The position numbers and the translations under genes are program-made. A stretch of DNA of 64,000 bases from Hamiltosporidium tvaerminnensis FI-OER-3-3. Its lineage: Eukaryota > Fungi > Microsporidia. Within the stretch, counting starts at the first letter, position 1. Every line of letters begins with the position of its first letter. The stretch covers positions 1 to 64,000 of the forward strand of contig CM061250.1 of assembly GCA_022605425.2 (NCBI GenBank), written 5' to 3'. This document shows positions 43,201-55,949 of this stretch, piece by piece. The notes beneath the pieces were generated by a model. That model saw only the letters and a program-made list of their open reading frames with translations. It had not been told where the DNA came from and searched no databases.

Positions 43201-44035
43201 TAATTGCTGAAATGTGATTAAAATATATATTAATAATATTAGTGTTGAAAACCAATACCTTTTCAAGTATCTTAGATATTTCTTTTGTTTAAAAGGCGTT
43301 GATACGAATTTTACTGTCAGACAACCAAGAAAAAAGGCTTTAAAAGCTGCAATTGTATTAATAAATATCTTCTGAGAAAAAAGGCGAAAATAACAGCAAA
43401 GTCTTCTAAAGTCGTGTTGAGAGGCTATGGTGGGCATGTTAGACTTATATTTGATTATCGATTGTTAATTTTCTAGGCTTATAACACGTTTTTCTTGGCA
43501 ACGGAGTGAATTAAAAAAAAAGGTTGAAGTACTGTTTGAGGATATTTTATAATACACCCAGTATTTTTCCATATGCTCTACTACTATAGAAACAACTTAG
43601 CAAAGGTCAGTGCGTCTACTCTTTCCCTTGGCTTTATATTTATTTACGATAAAAATAAAAATATGTTTAAGGAATTAATGGAAAATAATACTAAAATTAT
43701 TGTTATATTAAAACTACATATCAATATTATTTCTATAATACTAAAGTGATTCCTAAGTAAATGTTGAAGGATTTTAAATAAGCGTGATTTCTGGGAAACA
43801 AAAGAATATTCAAGGATATCAACATCGTGCGTTATTATGATGTAAAGAGAATTACTAATTGTGGCTTTAAGGCATTTATGGAATATGTAAGAAGACAAAA
43901 TAGAATGATTTTGACGCTGTTATTCGTTTCTTCAGAAAGAAAGACTGGAAATTACTATTTTTTATGTTGGTATCATGCTCTACTAACATGGAACGTGTCT
44001 AATTTATTTAATAATACGAGATTTGAGTTTTAAAT
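40250..44035 (+). mobile_element. Decayed non-LTR retrotransposon (LINE: ORF1 + APE-RT), copy B
   Basis: APE: KITFHNIG about 41259, IVASAGKW about 41345, LGGYN about 41640 (GDFN), STLAYVL about 41762 (S.LDY). RT: YGIS..N...KLFEK about 42632, INMKSA-YETI about 42808, ELPQR..LSLFNIVL about 42980, FSYAEDLLL about 43076 (YADD; ORF 42935-43210). Cys motif YCSNC in ORF 40464-40682. The APE-to-YxDD spacing (about 1.8 kb) equals that of copy A. Confidence 0.75.
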
Positions 44036-44099
44036 AAAGCTAAAGCGTGAAGTATTTATAATTTTTCTAGTGGTCTAAATGTTTCTTATTAGGTTCCTA

Positions 44100-47000
44100 A
44101 TATATTTCTTCTTTAATATGCTTTTTTCTATTTTTTAATTTCCGGTTTTGTTTGTGACAATTTGCTTAAATTATTATTCTACTAAGTTATTATTTTAACA
44201 ATCACTTTAGTATGCTATCATTTTTTAGATCTAACATCCATTTCTATTTTCTATGTTACTTGACACTCATGCAAACAGTTTTTTCTCAACTAAAGCAAAT
44301 CTGGTTAATTTAATCTTTAATTTAGAGATTAGAGTTACCCTTTTCAAACTAATGTATAATTTTATTTTTTTTTGAGGAATTAATTTTATTTTTTAGTCAT
44401 CTATTAAAATTTTTGTATTTATTTCAAATAGTTTATAAATAACATATAATTTAGTAGTATTACTTCTCATATGATTTTAAGGTGTTAAGTCTAACAAGCT
44501 TATAAAATTTACCATAATTGGAAGTTTTTTAGAATAAGGTATTAGATGTTTTTTTATAATTATATAGAACATTCGGGCTATAAAAAACTTATTCATATTC
44601 TAAAAATACGATTTTGTAATCTTGTTCATTATATGTTGTGTTCAGCCTAAATATGGCCGTATTAAATTTTTGTAAATTGTTGTGAAAAAGCCTGAGTATA
44701 TTGATGGAAACATTGATTGTATAGGGATTTCATACGTAACTTTTGATTTCTATTTAACCTTATACTATTCACTTTTCGTTTAATTTCACAAACTGCCAAA
44801 CATTTTTATATTTCTATTGTTTATTTTACTTGACAAGAATATAAATCTAAGTAAAATAAAGATTTCATGTGAAAGAGTATTTAAACATTATATATACTAC
44901 CTATAGGTGAATAAATCAGAAAAGTAATCATATTGCCTTTCTTAAAATAAATTTGATATTCTTTTAGATCTTAATTTATGCGGTCTTTAATTTTTTATAA
45001 ATATGCAAAAAATCTATATTAGATGATTTTAAGATTTGATTATTCTTACTATATCGATCCTATACATAAATAGTTTATTTTTATTCTTTAGTAAGATTTA
45101 ACTAACTTAAATTGCTATATATAATTATTTTATTGTAAAAAACTAAATAATTATATATAATCGTAAAATTTTGTATATCAAAATTTCTTAAAGTAATAAA
45201 TTTGTTTTTTCTAGCCTATTTTTATATTAAAAATATATTTCCATGATAATTCTACATTAATTATTTGTTTATTTTAAAGTTCGTAATTTATCTACCTATT
45301 TAAAGACAAACAATACACCTAAATTTTAAATGGTAGGGTTATCTCTTTTATAGTTTTCCTAGATCTTTAATTTTCTTCGGACCAATACGGATTTACACAA
45401 ACAATAATTCAAAGAAAAAAAATTAAATAATATTTTAATTTACTATTAAGATAGGGAATTTTTAACAAATATATAGTTTAGTCTAAACTTAATTTTTTAG
45501 TTCATTTTTTAATGCATATTTTCTTAATCGAGCTTTACACCGATGAAAAAATCTTCAAAGATGAAGAAACACCTATAATGATCTGAATTAGAAGATATTG
45601 ATAATATTTTTATATCTAGATATATTTATAAGTGGATATTACATCATAAAGATTAAAAAGGAAATAAATTTTAGGAAAATAGCCTATATTAAGATTCAGC
45701 AACTGAAATTTTTATAATAGTGTTTGTGGATTTCTAGATTATCAATTCGAAAGTTTTATTTTTCTTATTTAAAGAGACAGAAAGGCAATTGTTATTAAAA
45801 ATTACAAAAACTATAAATAGGGCTGAGTTTTTAATGTCGACCAATCTTCTACAATTAAATTAGAACCATCTTATTAAGAATCTAGTATATCTTCCTTCTA
45901 TTTATAAGGAATATTCCTAATGTAGAAGCCGTATAAACAAGTGCCCCAATCAACTAATATTTTTACAAGAAATTCGAAGGTGAATTTATATATTCTAAAC
46001 ATCCTAAGCTGATTTGATTATAAAAGTGTATCGGTAAAGCCATTTACATCTGTTACAACTATGATCCAAAGGGTAGTATCAAAGAACTCATCCGATCTGT
46101 TAAAGTCAGATCTACTAAATAAGTGAAAAAATTCACTTATAATATATTAGTAGAAAGCCATACCAATATCATTAACCTAAATACAATAACTCTAAAGCAA
46201 AGAGTCTAAATATGAGACGCAATTGCCTATTTGAAAAGATTCGAAGTAAAGATATATATCATAACTATAAAAAAGGTTAAAATAATGTGCTGTGGTTCAT
46301 AACCCAAACTTTTTAAAAATCAATTACCTATATTTACTTTGGAACTCAAAACGTTATTCTTATCAATTAGCCTGAACTATTTTTATAAACGTAGAAAGAA
46401 CCTATCTGTTCTTTATGATATATGAGTCTGGTGTAGGCTCAATGATTGAGATGTTTTCTTTTTGAATTATGTGTTATACCCAATAATCATTCAAAACCAC
46501 TTCAAATCCAACTTTTCGATTTTCGATTTTTACTTGTTTGATCAATTTTAGATTTTTGCCCATCATAATTTAGCATCATTTTAAAACATTAATAGATTTG
46601 TTAGAAATAAGAATAAATAATTTTTTTTGTATACTAAATAAATTTTTGCACATCCGTAGTTTTGAAATTTCATTATCTATTTTAAATATATATTTCTAAG
46701 GATTTGAAAAAACAACTATTTTAACCTTAGACGTATGTGCAATTGTATATTTGAACTTATTTTTTATTTCAATAAATTTTCTAGATTTTTCTTTGAAAAT
46801 TAATATCTTTTTGCATTTTAGAAACATTTCATTTATTTTTTAGACTTTCTATATTATAATAGAGCACAAAAATATTAAGGTGATGCTCCAGCTTATCAGT
46901 AGTCTTTGTTATATAAAAATTTATTACATACATGTAGTGAGAAAATTGTATACTAGTAAACTATAAGTAATTACATAAGAGCTAATATAAAATAGAAATA

Positions 47001-47200
47001 GAAATTCCAAAGTTAAAATAAAAAATAAATAATGGGCTTACACATTTATTAAGAAATTCATCCGAAAAATAACGAAATCTACTAAATTATAATATATTGG
47101 TATTTTATTGCTACCACATGTTCACTTAACACAAAAACATAGCTGTTTGGGCCATATAACCATTGCAAGCTACAAATAAAACAACTTTTATACAAGAACG
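44100..47200 (-). pseudogene. Family-A copy 3
   Basis: Best-preserved single frame of the family (about 46175-45830): VNDIGMAFY*YIISEFFHLFSRSDFNRSDEFFDTTLWIIVVTDVNGFTDTLL*SNQLRMFRIYKFTFEFLVKILVDWGTCLYGFYIRNIPYK*KEDILDS**DGSNLIVEDW. Closest to copy 2. Homology beyond about 46650 is uncertain. Confidence 0.7.
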
Positions 47201-48094
47201 CATATCTATGGAACTAAAATAAAAAATCTCTGTGGTTTGACACCCTGCATCTACTTTATTTTTTAATCATTTTCAGTGTCACACAGTTTTCTTATTTATT
47301 TGAAAATTTTTTAAATAATTCTTATTCTGATCTTAAATGAGATCTAGTAGAGAACAAAAAGTAAATAGATTACCTTAGAGTTATTATAAACATAATTCGA
47401 TTTTTAAGACCTATCTTTTAATACTTCAATTTGTTATTTAAAAGCATAAAAATTTTCATTTTGGTATTTTTGTAAAGTCTATTTATCTTATACTGTATAG
47501 CTGTAAAAAGAAGAGATGTATCATGTTGGAAATCATACAAAGCTTTTTAAATACAAGTACAACCATTTGATATATAAGTATTTAAATCAGAATATTAAGC
47601 AGAAGTCTTAATAATTCATTACATTTTAGAAATAAGTCTTTCCTTTTGAAAATTACAAATAAATCAGGGTTTAAATAAGATATGGTATATGAATTAAGAC
47701 TTTTCATATATATCTCGCATTCTTAATATATATTTTTGCTTAGGTTTATAATATTTTTTATTTATATTACGATTTTTTTATGTCACGAAAGATAATTATT
47801 TTCATTAATTTATAAACTTCGAATCTGTTTCAAATGTTACAGGATAAATATTTGACAAAAATATATTTTTGAAACCATTTTTTTAAATTAACACTGTAAT
47901 GAAGAACCTCTTAAAAAAAGTAGAGCTTAAAATATTTTTTTATTTATTCCCAAAAGCTAGATGTATTTGTGTTAACACTTAATTGAAGCTGATAAATTTA
48001 TATTCAAATATATCTAATTGGCTTTTATTACATCCATGGAAGGAAATATGTTATGATATATAAATATAAAATTAAATTTAAATTGTTCTATTAA

Positions 48095-51000
48095 ATCATA
48101 TATGGGATTTATGCGTACCTCTGGATTTCTATATAACCTCATATTAGATACTTTCTCGAAAATTGAGCAAACTGCCAGGTATCGTTAGGTATTATGTATG
48201 CATTGCTCCTTTAGCACAAAAAAAATACAAATATAATATGAAAGAAATATATACAAGTGAAAAGGGTATTTGAATTTTATTTATACTACTTTTACGAAAA
48301 TTTAGGAGTTGTGTAATATTATTGCTAGTGTCAATATTAATGTGATATTCTCTCAATCTATACAGACATTAATTTTTTATTCATATGACTATAAACCATA
48401 TAAATTAACTCAATATGTAGTTCACCTTAATATATCCATATAAAAAAATCCTTTGTTTTTCACTATGTAGTCTTATTGTGCTGACATAAATTATTTTTAT
48501 TATAAGTATATTGATTGTTTTTAATAATGTTAAGTCTTTTTTTTGGAAATATATAGTATACAGTAAGATATACAAAATAAATTCAAATAAAAATATAGTA
48601 CGATAGAATCTCTTTCGAAAAATGTGTTTATATACCAATTATATACTGAAAGCAAATTTAAATAAAAGTTTTTACATTAAGTATTTGTATATTTTAATTT
48701 TCTTAACCCTATTTCTTTTGTTTAAACAAATTCTACAACTAATCCTTAAAATAGTTTAATTTTGTCTAGTTTTGGGTGTTAAATTTGTTTATACAGTCGT
48801 GCATATAATACAAAAAATATTTTACCTGATATTTCAAGTTTATTTTAAAAGTAGATAAACCTTAAACAAAGTTGTTCATTTAAAACTAAATTAAATACTA
48901 GTTTTTTCCATATAACTAATATAAATAATATTTCTTGTTTATATGTAAAGCTAAGAATTTATTTTCAAACTTTTTGGAAATTAATTTGAATAAAGTAATA
49001 TAATAGAATCAAAGATACATTTATTTCAAAATGTATTTATAGATGAATATTATACTGTAATAAGTAAAAAATCAAGTATGTTTATTAAAGTAGACGTTTA
49101 TTCTAATTCACTAAATAAAATTTTTGATTGGGTTTGTTGGTTCAAATATCATATTATAAAATTAAGATTTCAAGACTTAAAATATAAAAAGAAGCACAAT
49201 TGGTAGGTCAAAACTTCAATATGTAGGAACAATCTTGGATTTTTTATCATCTGGAATCGTATACATGTGACCTAGCACTATCTTATCATTAAACTTCTAT
49301 TACCTAACCAACTGTATAAAGGTTACACCTAATTAAACGAAAGAAACAAGTTCCACAATCAAGTACAATATAGGTTCCAAAAAATTTGCAGCAAATTTAT
49401 ACTTTTTAAACTACCTAATCTGATTTGTATCATGAAAAGAGTATGTAAGATTTTTTTAATATTTAGCTCCTATAGAATATAAAAGGCAATGTGTAAGAAC
49501 TCAAGCGATTTTTTCCAAGTCGGATTTAACCAGAAAATTAAATTAGAGCACTTAGTATACATCTATAAATAATTTTAATGATATCAGAAATACTTTTACA
49601 TAATCTGAAATACAAATGGTTACCTTCATATACAGATTTATTTATTAGCAAATTTTTGGAGTAAATAACTATACGATAAAGAAATCTATAAAATATTAGT
49701 TAAGTTTTAAAAAAAAAACTTTCATTAAATTCAATTACTATATTTAATCATTAAAAATAATACTTTATGTCTCAAACTATCTCTTGTATTTTATATATAA
49801 CTACACATGAAATCTTGATGATATATAAACGAGTTAAGGTTTTAAAAACTGATATACTCTTATCGAACAAATGGGTTATTCCTAAGCTATATTTATTCTA
49901 GAATTAAGTAACAGTTATATACTTTAAGATATACCTTACTGGGCACACATTGAATATATTATGAATTTTCTATAACACTTCTATTAGCAAAGATCGATTG
50001 TACTTTTTGAGAAAATAGAATACCATATTCATAACTAAATAAAATATTTTTCGGATAGACTATTTCGAATTAAATTTATGACACCAAGAAATATATTTAC
50101 CCATTTAAGGTTTATGTTTTTAGAATAGCAAATTTATAAAACATACCTTAGATATTAAACCAAGAAATATAAATTACTAATTGCAAAAAATAGAAATATT
50201 TAAATTAGATGGGAGCTGATAACAAATAGAAGTGTTTAATAGAACAAAGAAGTGCAAAATTTAATTTAAAAAAATTATATTCTTTTTTTTATATATATAA
50301 ATACAAAGTAGATATTATAAACCAATTTTAAAATATTTTATTTTTTTATTTATTGTAAATCATTTAATTTCTTTAAAATTTCTTCCTTATGAAACAAACG
50401 AATATTTCTTCTTGTTCTAAAACTTATTTCAATAGAATCCGAAGTAATTTACTGCAATTCTACAATTATGATATTCTAAATATATCCCATAAGTTATTTT
50501 AATTCAAATTTATGATAATATCTATATTTCAAGCAGTTTTAAAAAATATATCTAGTTCAATAAAAACTTTATATCTTTTTCTTATCTATAGAAACATAGA
50601 AGTATTCTTTTCTGGAATTCAATTTGGGGAAATTCATTACTTCGAGAAGTCACACCCTGAAAACTTTTATATTTTACAATTAGACTAAAAAAAATTCTAT
50701 TTGTGCTCCGTTGTAGCCGAATTACAAATAGGTAAGTATACTGTCAAAATACAATCCAAAATCATTCAACCACTTCCAAACACACTCTCCATAAACCCCT
50801 AGAACAAATTTTATCTAGTTAACCAAATATATATCATTAACTTACATACCACCCAGTACCTCTTCTTTTTTTTTATCAAAATCGTAAAAAGAAAAATTTT
50901 GTTCAAATTAAAAAGAAAAGGAACTCTTAAGATAGAAGCCTCCTTTTCCATAAAAATGGATTTCAAAATAATATAATCAAATCAAACTAAAATTCCCAAT

Positions 51001-54000
51001 CATTTGTTTTATAATAAGTTTGAGGCGTTGTGCTAGATATCTAAAAGTGCCTTAATATATTTCACTTTCTCATAATTTTTCTATTATTGAAAACAACTTT
51101 TACCAAAAAATTCATTTTATGAGTAATTCATTGGGATTTTGAAAACAAATCAAACATCATAAACTATCACTGTTGCTGTTATTAAATCTATTATCATCTT
51201 TTCTGTTCATATTTTCTGATTTACAGCTTCATTTCTTTTTTCGATAAAAAATAGATTTTGATTGAAGAAACGTAGGGTAGAAGTTTTTAAAAAATATAAA
51301 GAAATTATTTTTAGAAAAATTTATTTTATTTTATTTAATGCCAAGTGAAAGCATAAATGTTAAAAACAAGTAAGGGGTTTGGGCAATTTTACCTTTTAAT
51401 TTTCTTGTTTTAGAATCCCTCATTGTAGCATTATAATATTATTTTAGTAATTCAACATCATTTATGATTACTAATACAGTTTATCATTTTTTAATTCTAA
51501 TTTTTTAAATTATGTTTTTCTGCTAAAGACTTATATTTTGAAACGTTTTATCTGTTCGGTGTTTGTAAAATCTTTTAAATATCTCAAAAAATTTCTAATT
51601 CTCATAAAAACCTCTAACTAGATCTATAAAATCATTTAAATGTAATTTTCCAACAAAATAACAAAAATTCAATTTTTTCAATGTATAACGGTAAATAATT
51701 TATCTTAACTTACTTGTAATTTTTATTTAATTCATAAAGTCCTAATATATAAACAGAATTAAAAAAGTGAAATAGCAAAAACAAAAAAATTATTCATAGA
51801 ATTAAGAAACAGAAAAAAAGTATTTATCAACAAGTTTCTGAAAGTAAATATAAATTTAAATGGAAATTAAATGGAAGAAATTGTTAAGTATGAAATATTT
51901 GAATAAAAATTTCGATATATGAAACCATTTAAGATCCATCAAAATAAAATTTTGCCAAACTAATTTTCTACTATTATCTTTCTGATAGTTTTCTTTATTC
52001 TTGGTATATATACTCCTTCTAAGAAATTTTAATAAGGGGAAACCTATATTTAATTATTTTCATATTTAATTTCTACCAATAAAGCCAAAAGATATTAATA
52101 CGAACCAATATCATAAAAATTATCGGCATTAAATTTGCAGTATTATTTTGTAGGAAAACTGGGCAGCTTTTTAAAACAAAATATGGGATATTTTTAAAGC
52201 ATTAAAGATAGTCAGGGTTTATATAAAACGCCTTCTTATAATTCTATTCGTATCTTTAAGGCTGACTACATTATAAAGCTGTCTTATTTAAAGGTTTTGT
52301 GGAATATGTTTAAAACAAAAGGCAGTTATTCTAAAATAATTTTTCTGTTGAAATATGATTGTTGGTTTGATTTCACTTTAAAATATCACGCGTACACATC
52401 CTTTTATCGCTGTACCATCTTATATTTTAGTATATCTTCATTTATAAAGTAACCCGGAGAATACCGAGAGTTTATTTGGGCAAAAAATGTTCTATAAAAA
52501 GACATAAGTGGTTATATCGTTCCCTAGATCATTAAAGATTTGCATTTTTCTATCTTCCAGCACCGGGTGTTAAAATTTGGTTGCAAAATCACCGGTTTTG
52601 AGTTTAAATACTATTGCTACATGCTCTATCGCTTTTACATTTCGTTACATGAACACTTAAACAGATCAAGAAAAAAATTCGCATATTTAGGCTGTTCTTC
52701 CTAGTACCAACTATTACAGAGCAGCCGAGGATGTAGTGAAGTTTAATTCTTACATAAAAGACAAATTATGATCTGTACCAAACCTTTATGTCTAAATCTA
52801 GCTGTTTCTTATTACTGTTGATATTTTAACACTACCTCATTCCAAAAATAAATTTTCTCAATATACTAAAGGGTTATTTGTCTTTGTAATTCTGGATGTT
52901 TCTAAAATTAGTATTTTTTGAAGTTTTAACTAATTGTATATGTCGTTCTTGAATTATCATATGTAAATAATGGTTCATGTTTGACGCAGAAAAGAAAATT
53001 CACACATCACGTTAATTTTCTTAAATTTTAAAATTTTAATAGAAACCAAAAATTTTACATTCCGCTATATTTCTCAGATAGTATAGTTTGATTTTTGGTA
53101 TACTTAGTAAAATTATTAAGGGTTTGCAGATATACTTACATATAATAGAAGTTTAATATTTCTTTGTACCATAAATATTTTAATTTTATACTTAGTTACC
53201 ATATAGTCTCCGCAAATCGACAATTTGCAGTTTATTTAAATTTCGGAATAGATTATCAAATAAAATATGCAACCGTTTCAAGCAAAAAAATATTTTGTGA
53301 CTATATTAGAATATGAACCTAATTCATATAAGCTAAATTCTATATGATCACTGCTTTTTTCTCGACGGTTCAAACCCCTTATTCTCATCATTTTTACCTT
53401 AAAACAATTTTTAATTCCGATTTTATCTGTCATAAGAATGTTATGAGTATTTTATAAACTAGTTTGAAGGCTTTGGATTTACCTTTAATGCCTATTAAAA
53501 ATCTGTAATATGCTGATAAAAAAAATCGGTAAGTTACTTGTATTCTATAACTAATAAATCTATTCTAAAAAAAGTCAAAAGATTTAATTGAAAAATATTT
53601 TTTTTAGAAAGATGTTCAATTTTTCAAAAAAATATTTTTATCAAAAAAAAAAATCAAAATATTCCGAAGATATTTAAATTTACCCAATTACTTTTTTAAA
53701 GAAAAAAAAAGAATGCCTTTGAAATTTTAGAATTATTTCTTGATTTACATTTAGTTTTCTTTATATTAAAAGCATATATCCGTTTACTATGTTCCTATTT
53801 TCTTGGTGCTATATTAAATAGATATTACTTATACTTTTTCTTTTTGTTTTCTCAAAGCGGATAAGAAATTTTGGTTAAAAATAAGTATTGTAAGGCTTTT
53901 AGAAGTTTTTCTTGGTATATACCTACTCGCTTTAAATATCTAATTTTCTCAACATAAATGATAGAAAAAATGACTTTACTGCTGAAGCCGTTCTGATGTA

Positions 54001-55717
54001 GTGCTAATGCCAAATCTGGGAAGAAAATTAAATTCTCTATTAGGTTATTATTTAACCCTTGTTGTATCTTTATTGTAATCTTTAATGAATAATTTTTTTT
54101 TTTTGACTATTTCCAGAGAAATTTGAAAATCTAGGAAAAGTCTTTTAAAGATATAAGATATGTAAACGGAAATTATAAATTTTTAAAAAAAGTTAAGAAG
54201 GTAAATTTGCTGCAGGAAATATTTTACTAAAATTTTTGTTAGATATACGTTTGTGTTCGAGATATCCATTTTTTTTTGAAATAAAAATTTAGGAAATAAT
54301 CTTATGATAATAGCTGTCTAAAAAGTTTATATTTTTTATTATTATTCCAATAAAAGTATTTTTTATCGTGGAAAAAAGAAACGTTAAATGAGGTGTAAAT
54401 TTTGTTCTTCGTGTATATATTATAAAATTTTAACCTCTTTTTGTAAATACATTATAAGTTGAAAAATAATTTTATTGAAAAGCTTAAATTTTCAACGAAA
54501 TATATTTTTATTCTAAGATGAAAAGGGTATTATGAAAGTGAAGATAATTGCGTTATATAGCAGGGTTAGAACACAATTATTCTGGTATAAGTATGGAGAC
54601 CAACAAAAAAATTTTAATTATGCCTATATTGCAAAATGTTAAAAGATTAAATATATAATAATAATTGGTGATTTTAGTGTGCCAAAACAAAATTGCAGAT
54701 CTTAAAATAATATTGACTATTAATTTTTTTTGTCAGAAATTAAAAAAAACGTTTTTTTTGTTCGGGAATTACATTAAAACTAAAAAAATAATAATAGAAA
54801 ACCCCCGAGCCGGTATTACTCAGGCTCTAAACTAGGATAAGACCTTCATACCAAAAAATGTAAATATATATAAAAAAATATAAAAATATTGTATGCTTAA
54901 CCTCATATCAATACACCATAGGAACAAAAATAGATCAAATTTTATATTTGAAATGACCTTGTCATTATATTACAAAATTTACTTTTACAATTTATTTCAC
55001 TTCTTTTATATTGCAATTTACAAGCCTTACTTTATTTAAATATTTTAAAAACCTCCATGGTATAATTAATTCTAAGGGAGTTATATACCATGCAATCGTC
55101 TTTATAGGTTTTTTTCTTTTCTGATGAATCAATAATTGTAAAAGTAATTTTAGAATCCTACTTTCTAATATATATAGCATTTATAAAGATCTTAGTTAAA
55201 AAGCGAATTTTCTGATATTTTAATTTGAATCTTAATTTTATGATTTTTTTTGTTTTAAATTTGATTACAAAATAAAATATCTGAAAATTCATCTTTAAAC
55301 TAGTATCTTCTAAATGTCATATACAAAAAACTGAGGATAAAAAAATCTTTAGACAAAACGTTTCAACTAAAAAAGAAATAGATCTTTCGATTGTTGCATG
55401 TTCCTATAATTTTGCAATTGCATAAAGACAGTTTTAAAATGCAAATATCAGTACATTTTGAAATGTAAAAAAAGATGAATCCATTGGTCTGTTTTATTTG
55501 GATGACATTCTGTATTCTAAACTATCTTGTCCTCTTTTAATTTTCAAAAAAAATAAAAATGATTCGTTTCACCAGAGAAAAAGGGAACATTATTTCATAA
55601 GGAGGGTTAGTTTCAATAAACTATAAATTCTACTTTTTTTTTCAATAAGTTTCAGTTGGGTAATTTATTTTTCGGGTAACTTGTTTAAATTAAAATAAAT
55701 TTTCATCCAATTGCTAA
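48095..55717 (-). pseudogene. Family-A copy 4 plus upstream region (3'-truncated)
   Basis: Continuous colinear homology to 23500-33452. Peptides LAVCSIFEKVSNMRLYRNP (about 48177-48121), LDCGTCFFRL about 49360, FGYNGAQ about 50720, VPFLFNLNKIF about 50925. Confidence 0.7.
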
Positions 55718-55949
55718 TTCTAATTTCTTAGAAAATTTGCAAGAGTAAAATATGATAAGCTATAGCTTTTTATAAATGTATAAAAGATATTTAAATTTTT
55801 AAGAATATCCTTTGTAACAATATTGTAAAGTTAATAAAAAAATTAACTATGTGTATTTTGTTATTGTATTACTTTGTTAAAATCTGAAAATTTTTGTCAT
55901 TATAATTATTATGTAGAATTAAGTCGAAAAAAATAATTTTAGTTCTTTT

